34,995 nucleotides of DNA, taken from a bacterium. GTDB lineage: Bacteria > Zhuqueibacterota > Zhuqueibacteria > Oceanimicrobiales > Oceanimicrobiaceae. The DNA is taken from NCBI GenBank assembly GCA_046757165.1, contig JBHHXT010000034.1:1-34995 (forward strand). Direction: 5' to 3'. Position numbers and translations under genes: made by a program. Under the pieces are notes generated by a model. That model had not been told where the DNA came from. It made no database searches and saw only the letters and a program-made list of their open reading frames with translations. Positions 6,765 through 15,500 of the stretch are shown piece by piece. Position 1 is the first letter of the stretch. Every line of letters begins with the position of its first letter.

Positions 6765-9700
6765 ATGAAAAAAGGAATCTTTCTCACTCTTGCCCTTTTG
6801 GTTCTTGCTTCCACAGCCTACTCGCAGCAGGGGCAGGCGATCCTGAAGATCGTCGTCGACAAAGATGGTCATATCTCTGTATTCGATATGAAGGGGAACG
6901 CTGTCGGAGGCGGGATCCCGCAGGCGCCCGATGGAAAAGTAGTTCTCAGCGATATGCTGGATTCAGGAGACCCTGAGGTTGTTGGATATCGCGAATCGTT
7001 GCGGGACGGAGGAGCGCTCCGGAGCGGCGGCGCTTTCATACAATCTCTCCAAAGTGTTGATTCTGCTGAGCTTCCTGGTGTTTCTGAACCTGTCCCGCAG
7101 CCTCAAAACACCAACACTGGAAAAATCATGATGCAGCGTGAAAACATGAGCCGCATGGCGGGGACAGCGATTTTGTCTGATGGTGAACCAAACGGATCCA
7201 CGCTGCGAGGAGGGGCCTCTGTGCAAGAGACGAAAAGCTCGACCCGTTCTGCCAGCTCTCCGCTGGCCATGCCCAATCTTACCTTCGATCTGGCCCACAC
7301 CTCGTGGGAGTTCACGCCGGGCACGCACGTTTTGAAGTTGAAGACAAGAGTCATCAACACCGGTGATGCAGATGCGGGCACCTCCAAGCTGGTCTACTAT
7401 CTGTCCCCTGACCCGACCATCACAAAGTTCGTGGATTGCGCTATCGGCGACGATGGTGTCGGGATTCTGACGCCGGGACAATTCGACGACGAGACGTTTT
7501 CGCGGGACTTGTGTAACACCTCTTGCGGGGAAGGCACGTGGTATATTGGCTGGATTATCGATGTCAATGACAACGTCACGGAATCCAATGAGAATGACAA
7601 TGCGGTTGCGAGCTCTTCAACCATCAATCTCGATTGCTCACCGCTCTCGAACCTGACATTGGATGTTGGCCATACGAACTGGACTTTCAACACGAACACA
7701 TGCGAACTCGCTATTGACAGCAGGGTCATCAATACCGGCGAGGGCCGGACCGCAAAACGGACCTGGCTGGGCTATTATTTGTCAGCGGACACACAAATCA
7801 ACACAACGGATTCCCGCATCGGCCGCAGCCGCGTCGGATTTCTGGACCCGGGTGAGTTCAGCGATGAAACCTTCTCTGCAAATCTGCAGACGGTCACCGG
7901 CGCCCCGCCTTTTGACCCGAACGGAACGTACTACCTCGGTTGGATCGTCGATTACCGCCGGGATCTCACGGAGACCAACGAAGACGACAATCGCTTTCAT
8001 AGCAACACGACGATTACGTGCGGTGGTCAGGGACCGAACCTGACCCTGGATGTCACCAATTCCAACTGGAATTTCGATCCGGACAACTGCCTCGTGACCA
8101 TGAACAGCCGCGTGGTCAACACCGGCGACCAGACAGCGGGGACCTCACGATTGGGATACTACCTGTCAGAGGATACCGCTATCCAGCCGTCGGATTCGCG
8201 CATCGGAGATGACGTTGTCAGCAGCCTGGCGGCTGGGGCGTTCAGCGATGAAACGTTTTCCGCCGATTTCAACACGGTGACGGGCGTGCCGCCTTTCGAC
8301 CCACACGGGACCTACTACCTGGGATGGATAGTCGATGACCTGAATGAGGTCGTGGAATCGAATGAAAACGACAACCGCTTCTTTAGCAACGGCACCGTTC
8401 ACTGTCCTGAGCCGCAGATATTTCCAAACCTGACGTTCGACCCTCTCCAAACGATGTGGGAATTCGATCCGGTCACGCGCAACCTGCGGCTCCGGGCCAG
8501 AATTGTCAACAACGGCGATGCGACCGCCGGCCAATCGAAAGTGGGCTACTTTCTCTCCAGCAACCCGACGATCAGCACCATCGACTGTTTGCTCGGGGAT
8601 GACGGAGTCCCGGCCCTGGCGCCCGGCGCGTTTGACGATGAAACTTTTTCACGGATTCTTTGCAACACCTCATGCGATGCAGGTACGTGGTACATCGGCT
8701 GGATCTGCGATTATCTGGGCGAAGTACAGGAGTTCAATGAAAATGACAACACTGCGGTCAGCTCCTCCGGTGGGGACGCGCAAGGGACGCCGGTTTTCAT
8801 CACCTTCGACTGCCTTGACCCGAATCTCACCCTGGACCTGGACCACACAAGTTGGAGTTTTGATGCCAGCACCTGCATCCTGAGCACAAACAGCCGGGTG
8901 GTCAATGTCGGTGACAAGCCGGCCGGCCGGTCCCATCTGGGCTACTACCTGTCAGAGGATACAAATATCACGACCTCTGACTCGCGCCTCGGCGATGACC
9001 GCGTCAGTGAGCTCGCCCCCGGCGCGCACGACGATGAGTCTTTTGCCGCAGACCTGAGCACGGTCTCAGGGACCCCACCGTTCGATGCGAACGGCACGTT
9101 CTTCGTGGGTTGGATCGTCGACTACCGCGGCGAGGTGGTCGAATCGGACGAGAGCGACAACAATTTGCACAGCAGCAGCACCATCTCGTGCAGCGGTCCG
9201 AACCTGGTGATCGACGCCAACAGCAGCACGGCGAGCTTTGACCCCAACATCTGCACGCTGAGTATCAGCACACGGGTGGTGAACGTAGGCACAGCACCCG
9301 CCTCCTCTTCCCGCCTGGCGTACTATTTGTCTCCGGATGACAACATCGCCACCTCGGACTCCCGCATCGGCGATGACCCGGTCAGAAGCCTGACCCCGGA
9401 CGCTGGTAGCAGTGAGAGCATTTCAGTCGACCTCAGCGTGGTCAGCGGCACTCCGCCATTCGACCCCAACCAGACGCAATTTGTCGGGCTGATCTGCGAC
9501 TATCTCGACCAGGTGGCGGAGCTGGATGAGAGCGATAATCGCGCGGTTTTTGCGCCGGCCATCGATGCCAGTTGTCCGGCTGGTGGCTCCATCAGACCGG
9601 ATGCCCCTGAGACGGCGTCGTGCGGCCATGAGTTCTTCGTCCCGGTCGTGGTGGGGGATCCCGAGCCGGTCGAGGACCTCTTCGGCGTCAGCTTTGACCT

Positions 9701-11090
9701 GCATTACCCGACACAGCACATCGACTTTGTCAGTGCAGAGATTACCGACCCGGACGGCGCTGTTGACAACTTTCTCGGCACGGACCTGATTTTTCTCGAT
9801 ACCCCGGATGAGGCCAGCGGAGTGGTCAGCATTGGTCTGAGCCGGAAAGCCGGCCAGGGTGGCGTCAGCGGTGGCGGCCCGGTAGTGTGGCTTGGTTTCA
9901 TTTCCTCGACCGAGACACCGGACCCAACCACGGTTTCGTGGACGCTGAGCAACATCGTTGCCAATGATGCTGACGGCAATGCGATATCGTTGACGCCGGT
10001 CTCCGGGGAAACGGTGGTGAGCTGTGGCTGCATCGTCTGGCCCGGCGACGCGAACAACGATGGCGTTGTCACCTCTGCGGATATTTTGCCTATTGGTCTC
10101 CATTTTGGCAGGACGGGTCCGAGCCGGCCGGGTGCTTCGAATGTCTGGGTTGGCCAGAATGTGACCTGCTGGGATCCGGAAGCGGCCACCTTTGCAGACT
10201 GCAATGGCCATGGCAGCGTCGGCTCGGAGGATGTGCTGCCGGTGGGGCTGAATTTCGGCAAAACCCATTCTGCCCCAACGGTTGCGAGCAAACGGGAATT
10301 GGACGCGGCCCGGGCGCGAGCAGGTAGTCAGCCGGTTTTTCACGGCTCCAGCAACGGCGCTCAAACGCCAACGATCAAGCCGGTGATCTCTGACATCTCC
10401 GGCGACAGCATAATCGTTGACATTCAGGTCAAAGAGGTGTCCGACTTGTTCGGGCTTTCGTTCGACCTGGTCTACGATACGGACAGTGAGGCAGTGATGC
10501 CTCTGGACGCCATTGCCGCCCCATTCCTGGGCACGGACCTGGTTTTCTTGCCGACCATCCTTGCCGACGCCAAGACGGTCAGCGTTGGCATCAGCCGGAA
10601 GGCCGGGCAGGGCGGCGTGAGCGGAGAAGGCACTGTCGTCAAGGTGTTCTTCAAAGGTTTTGAAACCGCACCGGAGGAGACGGTCGTGAGGCTGGCGCTG
10701 CAGAACATCGTCGCCAATGACGCCGGTGGTAACAGCATCACTTTCACGGTGGAGGAGGGGGATTTAGTCGTGACCGAGGTGAGTCAGGCCGCACGAACGG
10801 GTCAGGTTCCCGATGGTTTTGCTCTGCTCCAGAACTATCCGAACCCGTTCAACCCGGAGACGGCGATTCACTTTCAAATTCTCGAGCGCACCCGTGTGGT
10901 TTTGAATGTTTATGATATTCTGGGAAATAAGGTTCGCACGCTGGTGGCAGAAGAGAAGGTGCCAGGGGTTTACCGCGTCGTCTGGGATGGCAAGGATGAT
11001 TCCGGCCGGCTACTTTCGAGCGGAGTCTATCTGTACAAATTGCAGGCAGGCCCCTTTACCGCGGTGCGGAAGATGACGTTTATCAAATAA
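6765..11090 (+). CDS. Large secreted scaffoldin-like protein: 6 CARDB-like repeats, cohesin, dockerin, cohesin, T9SS-type C-terminal domain
   Basis: Signal peptide MKKGIF...STAYS-Q; six (P/S)NL repeats; two homologous DLFG(V/L)SFDL.Y...FLGTDL.FL...SRKAGQGGVSG cohesin-like domains; between them a VWPGDANNDGVVTSAD...ADCNGHGSVGSED duplicated Ca-loop dockerin; QNYPNPFNPET tail. Confidence 0.85.
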   Translation: MKKGIFLTLALLVLASTAYSQQGQAILKIVVDKDGHISVFDMKGNAVGGGIPQAPDGKVVLSDMLDSGDPEVVGYRESLRDGGALRSGGAFIQSLQSVDSAELPGVSEPVPQPQNTNTGKIMMQRENMSRMAGTAILSDGEPNGSTLRGGASVQETKSSTRSASSPLAMPNLTFDLAHTSWEFTPGTHVLKLKTRVINTGDADAGTSKLVYYLSPDPTITKFVDCAIGDDGVGILTPGQFDDETFSRDLCNTSCGEGTWYIGWIIDVNDNVTESNENDNAVASSSTINLDCSPLSNLTLDVGHTNWTFNTNTCELAIDSRVINTGEGRTAKRTWLGYYLSADTQINTTDSRIGRSRVGFLDPGEFSDETFSANLQTVTGAPPFDPNGTYYLGWIVDYRRDLTETNEDDNRFHSNTTITCGGQGPNLTLDVTNSNWNFDPDNCLVTMNSRVVNTGDQTAGTSRLGYYLSEDTAIQPSDSRIGDDVVSSLAAGAFSDETFSADFNTVTGVPPFDPHGTYYLGWIVDDLNEVVESNENDNRFFSNGTVHCPEPQIFPNLTFDPLQTMWEFDPVTRNLRLRARIVNNGDATAGQSKVGYFLSSNPTISTIDCLLGDDGVPALAPGAFDDETFSRILCNTSCDAGTWYIGWICDYLGEVQEFNENDNTAVSSSGGDAQGTPVFITFDCLDPNLTLDLDHTSWSFDASTCILSTNSRVVNVGDKPAGRSHLGYYLSEDTNITTSDSRLGDDRVSELAPGAHDDESFAADLSTVSGTPPFDANGTFFVGWIVDYRGEVVESDESDNNLHSSSTISCSGPNLVIDANSSTASFDPNICTLSISTRVVNVGTAPASSSRLAYYLSPDDNIATSDSRIGDDPVRSLTPDAGSSESISVDLSVVSGTPPFDPNQTQFVGLICDYLDQVAELDESDNRAVFAPAIDASCPAGGSIRPDAPETASCGHEFFVPVVVGDPEPVEDLFGVSFDLHYPTQHIDFVSAEITDPDGAVDNFLGTDLIFLDTPDEASGVVSIGLSRKAGQGGVSGGGPVVWLGFISSTETPDPTTVSWTLSNIVANDADGNAISLTPVSGETVVSCGCIVWPGDANNDGVVTSADILPIGLHFGRTGPSRPGASNVWVGQNVTCWDPEAATFADCNGHGSVGSEDVLPVGLNFGKTHSAPTVASKRELDAARARAGSQPVFHGSSNGAQTPTIKPVISDISGDSIIVDIQVKEVSDLFGLSFDLVYDTDSEAVMPLDAIAAPFLGTDLVFLPTILADAKTVSVGISRKAGQGGVSGEGTVVKVFFKGFETAPEETVVRLALQNIVANDAGGNSITFTVEEGDLVVTEVSQAARTGQVPDGFALLQNYPNPFNPETAIHFQILERTRVVLNVYDILGNKVRTLVAEEKVPGVYRVVWDGKDDSGRLLSSGVYLYKLQAGPFTAVRKMTFIK

Positions 11091-11120
11091 GGACAAACGT
11101 GCGGTGACCCGCACGAAAAA

Positions 11121-11179
11121 AACAAACCCGGGGCTGGCCAGGAAGATGTTGTTTTTTGACCAGCCCCGGGTTTTTTGTT
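11121..11179. terminator. Bidirectional intrinsic terminator between convergent genes
   Basis: AACAAACCCGGGGCTGG...CCAGCCCCGGGTTTTTTGTT, with an A-tract on the left and a T-tract on the right. Confidence 0.75.
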
Positions 11180-11208
11180 GCCCGGTGAAAGAAAATGTGG
11201 GCCGTGGC

Positions 11209-12414
11209 CTATTTCAAAACGACCATTTTCCGCGTCTGCTGGAAGGTCCCGGCCGAGAGGGTGTAGACGTAGACGCCTGAGGGTGCCCGCTTGCCGTTGT
11301 CCTGCATCCCGTCCCAGGTGGCGGAATGGTGGCCTGCTGGTTCACGGGCGTGCAGTAATGTCCTGACTCGCTGCCCCATGAGATTGAAGATGGCCAGCTC
11401 GACCTGTGATGGCTCCGGCAACGTGTATCGAATGGTTGTCTCCGGATTGAATGGGTTGGGGTAGTTTTGTGACAATCCGAAGGCGGTCGGAATTTCGCCC
11501 GGGGTGCGCGGCGTAACATCCGTCGCCTTATCCGAGGTCGCCAGGCGAAAAGCGGTCTCGCTGGCCGTGACCCCGTTGAGGTTATCGAACGCGACCACCT
11601 TCCAGTAATACTGGCGCGATGGTTCCAGACCGAACGGGATGGTATAGCTCGTTTCTGCGACCTGTTGTGCCAGCCAGACAGTATCTGCGAAACTTTCGCT
11701 GGTCGAGACGAGCACGTCGTATTGCACCTGGTCTTCCGGGTCCGGATCGAGAGCTTGCTGCCAGACCAGTGTCGGGTTGAGTGTATCGACGACCGCCGAG
11801 TCCTGCGGCTCCAGCAAAGCAAAGCTTGCCGGCCAGTTGTTGACGACCATCTCTCCCTGAGTCACCTGCAAGCCCGCGAGCAGATCGGCAAATGTCGCGG
11901 CGGCGCTCATCACAGAGTATTGCAGCGGCAAGGTCGAAGCAGCGCCGTGGTCGCCAATGACCTTGAACGTCAGCTCGAGCAGGCGTAATTCGCCGGATGC
12001 ACCCGTGGCATTTGCCCCGTTGAACCGGAGCTGTCCCGTGGACACCGAATCGGCCCTGACGATGCCAACGAAGCCATCCAGCAAGTCCGACGCGTCGACA
12101 TAATCGAGCACCGTGGGATCCCACTCTAATATGGCGCTAAAGGCGCCTAACAGGTGGTTGGGTTCTGCGACACCGGACATGTCTACCGTGACTGCCGCCG
12201 TGACGTTGTCGCCGGAAGTTATCTGATTTGTCGACATGACAACGGATGAAATAATGCTATCCTGCGCCAGGGCCTGTCCCCAGCACAGCAACAACAAACA
12301 AACGCAAGTTGTCGTGGTAGAGATCTTTCGAAGATTGAATTTATGCATTGTGGGAACGAAGGCTGTCCAGCAAGTCGGCAAACCATAATTGTTTGTTTGA
12401 CATTGAGTTTTCAT
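11209..12414 (-). CDS. Secreted cohesin + Fn3-like domain protein with T9SS-type C-terminal domain (adaptor-like)
   Basis: Cohesin-like VTVDMS...LLGAFSAILEWDPTVLDY...LRFNGANATG...TFADLL; Fn3-like P..F.LLEP...PTLVW...Y.V.VS...YYWKVVA; QNYPNPFNPET tail. The best signal peptide starts at alternative ATG 12348 (MHKFN...QALA-Q). Confidence 0.85.
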   Translation of the reverse strand: MKTQCQTNNYGLPTCWTAFVPTMHKFNLRKISTTTTCVCLLLLCWGQALAQDSIISSVVMSTNQITSGDNVTAAVTVDMSGVAEPNHLLGAFSAILEWDPTVLDYVDASDLLDGFVGIVRADSVSTGQLRFNGANATGASGELRLLELTFKVIGDHGAASTLPLQYSVMSAAATFADLLAGLQVTQGEMVVNNWPASFALLEPQDSAVVDTLNPTLVWQQALDPDPEDQVQYDVLVSTSESFADTVWLAQQVAETSYTIPFGLEPSRQYYWKVVAFDNLNGVTASETAFRLATSDKATDVTPRTPGEIPTAFGLSQNYPNPFNPETTIRYTLPEPSQVELAIFNLMGQRVRTLLHAREPAGHHSATWDGMQDNGKRAPSGVYVYTLSAGTFQQTRKMVVLK

Positions 12415-12470
12415 GTCTCAACCTTGAGGGCAGCCCCTCCTTTTTAAAGTTTAGAAATTGCATAGATTAG

Positions 12471-12505
12471 CACCCTTCCGAAGGGAAGGACCCTTCGGAA
12501 GGGTG
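12471..12505. repeat. REP-like perfect palindrome
   Basis: 15-bp perfect stem CACCCTTCCGAAGGG-aagga-CCCTTCGGAAGGGTG; related to 6331-6362. Confidence 0.8.
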
Positions 12506-12560
12506 TGAGATCATTCTTGCCTCGAAAGGGTTCAGGTTCAGGATGCAGGACAACGCTGCG

Positions 12561-12586
12561 TCCCTGTTCCCTGCTCCCTGTTCCCT
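12561..12586. repeat. Short heptamer tandem repeat
   Basis: TCCCTGT TCCCTGC TCCCTGT TCCCT immediately past the stop codon of the protease gene. Confidence 0.6.
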
Positions 12587-15500
12587 CTATTTCAACAGCA
12601 CCATTTTGCGATCGGCCACAAAGTCGCCTGATTTCATGCGCAGGATGTAAACACCCGAAGGCACGATCTGGCCGTCGTTGTTCTTGCCGTCCCATTTTAT
12701 GGCATACGTGCCGGCGGGTTGGGTTTCGTCGAACAGGGTTCGGACCCGCTGCCCGAGCAAGTTGTAAACCATGATTCGAACCAGGCCGCCCTCCGGAAGC
12801 TCGTAGTTGATTGTGGTCTCCGGATTGAATGGGTTCGGATAGTTCTGGCCCAGCGCGTAGGTTGTGGGGATGGCGGCAACCTGCAGGTTCTCGCTATCGA
12901 GCGTGAGAAGAGGCAGCAGGTCTGCGAAAGTCCGGGAAGCGGCAAGAGACCGAAATTCCAGGGATAGCGCACTGGAAGCGCCCGTCTCGCCGACAACCTT
13001 GAACTGCACGTTGAGCAGATTGACCGCGCCGTTCGCCCCTGCGGGGTTGGCGCTGGCGAAGCTCAACTTGCCCTCGCCGGCCTCGCTGACGTTCACCATG
13101 GGATGGTCGAAGCCTGTGCCTGACCCGCCGGAATATCCCAGGAAGGTCAGTACCGCTGGATTCCATGCCAGCGTAGCGCTGTAGCTGCCCAGATCTTCTT
13201 CAAGCAGCGTGATGTCGACCATCACCGGGACCTCGATGGTGGTGGCAGGGGGGATTTGTCCGCCCTCGGGCACGGCGCTGGCCAGGATCAGATTGGTGCC
13301 GTTGGCCCCAACCTTGGGCAGAATCCGAGACGCGAGTGGCTGCCCGTTGCTCGTGATCGGACAGGCGGGTTCGCCGACCGGGAAGGGGACCTCCATGCCG
13401 GCATCAAATGACAACATGATAAGACAGTCGGTGGCATTGGTTTCGCCGTCCTGATTGACATCGCCAAGTCCGGCGTTGATCAGTTCCTCGAACTCAGGCG
13501 GCAACGGCAAGCCGATATCGAACGACAGGCAGATGAGGGCGTCGGTGGAGTTCACCACGCCATCGCCATTGATATCTCCCAGCAGCAAGGGCTCGCCGAT
13601 TACAAAGTCACAGCCGTGGATGATCAGGCCGGGCAACAGGTCTCTGAAGGTCACGGCAGCGGCCATGGCAGAAAAGTCCAACTCGATGCCGCCGGCGTCT
13701 CCTTGCAGACCGTGTGGCTGAAAGGTGGCCACCAGGATGACGACGTTGCCGCCAGCGCCCTCGGCTTTGGCGCCGTTGAAGCGCAGCTCTCCGGTGGCGG
13801 CATTCTCATCATTGATGACGCCGCCAAAATCACTGCCCAACTCCGCGCCGACGAAGTCCAGTCGATCCGGATCCCAGGTCAGGATGCTGGAAAAGCTGCC
13901 GAGCAAGTCATCGGGTGGGGGGGAGCCGCTCATGTCAACCGTAACTTCAACGTCGAATGGGCACCCTTCCGGAATCATTGGACAGTTGACGGTTGCGACC
14001 ACGGGCGGACTGCTGATGAAGTTGCAGATGACGTTGTCAAGCTGGAAAAAGCCAGGCCCGCTGAAGGTTTCCGGGATGTGCCAGTCGAAACTGATACGGA
14101 CATCTTGACCCGCAAACGGGCTCATGTCCACCACGCCGGTCTGCGGCCCGGTGTCCATCTCCTGTGTGCCCGACACGGCGGTCAGAATCAGCTCAGTGTG
14201 CAGTGGCGTTCCGCCGCCTGCGGGTTCGATGTTGACTTCGAACGTGCGGTCCTGAGTGGCGCCAAACGTCAGCAAGTCCCACGCCGCGCGGTAATCGAAC
14301 TCCAGAAACAGCGCTGATGGCGGCACGGTGACATCCTGCGCGATTCTGATCGTGCCAGGCCCGTCGCCGTCAAAGCCGTGTATGGCGGCAAAGTCGCCGT
14401 CTGTGGGTTCACTGCTGAAAAAGCCAAACCCGGGAGTGATACCGGCGCCTTCGACGCTCAGCGGGAAAAAGGGCGACGACATATCTTGTGTGGTCCAACT
14501 GCTAAAATCGCCGGTCTCGAAGCTGCCATTTTCGCAGAACGTCGGCCCGGACACGCGCAGCAGCACGGGAACTGTCGCCTGCGGCGTCTCCGGATCATTG
14601 CTGTCGATGATGAGATTGCATCGAAATTCGCCCGGCTGCAAAGCGCTGGCATCGACAATGATCTCGACCTCCTGGCTGGTCAGAGGCGCCAGGACGCCAC
14701 TGGTTGGGTCTGCCGACAGCCACGGACACGCTTGCGTTGTGATGGCAGTTTTTTCCGAGCGGGATACAAGTCTCTCTTCGGGTCGCATCACCCCGTACGG
14801 GGAGTCGCTTGTTTGGATTAGCTTGTAGAGCGCGCCGAATTGTCCCGCCTCCGCTGCTTTCACCCGTTTCCGCAGTGAAACCGGAATTTCGCTGCCGTCG
14901 GCTGCCAGCAAGGTGACCTCTTCTTCGGTGAGGCTCCACTCCAGGTCCAGCTCACAATCGCCGGAGGTGGCGTTGGAGATGGTCAGAATTCCGGAATCGG
15001 TTTCGCCTTGCTGCACTCGAAACGTCAGCAAGGACGGCTCCACCAGGATGCCCGGACAGGGCAGCTCGCCCGGGAAGAAGGCCAGGCCGCTCAGCACGCG
15101 GAATCCGGACTCGCCCACGAGAGTGCCTTCCCCTGATGCTGGGTCGATCGTGACCAGGCTGCCGGCAAAGGGGTTGCCCCCGCCGCCGCCCAGGCCGCCG
15201 TACAGCACGCCGTCCGGGCCAAACTCGAGCGCAGCGATGTCGCTGAACCCTACTGGCCCGACCAATTCCCCGGCGCCAGTGGCGGGGTCGATGGTAACCA
15301 GGGTGCCGCCCGCAGGCCCGGACGTGCCCCCATAGAGTGTGCCGTCGGGCGCAAAAGCCAGGCCGCCGATGTTGCTGAAGCCGGTCGGCCCGATGAAGGT
15401 GAGCTCGCCGGTCTCGGTGTTGACGGTCACCAGTTGCGACGGTGCGCCAGGACCGGTGATGTGTGTTCCGAACAGGGTGCCGTCGTCTGCAAACTCCAGC

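Noticed and set aside
5215..9580. Repeated DNA segments considered as a CRISPR array or DGR template/variable repeats
   Set aside because: These are ~370-400-nt degenerate in-frame coding repeats (CARDB-like) with no constant short repeat-spacer pattern; no cas or reverse transcriptase gene is present
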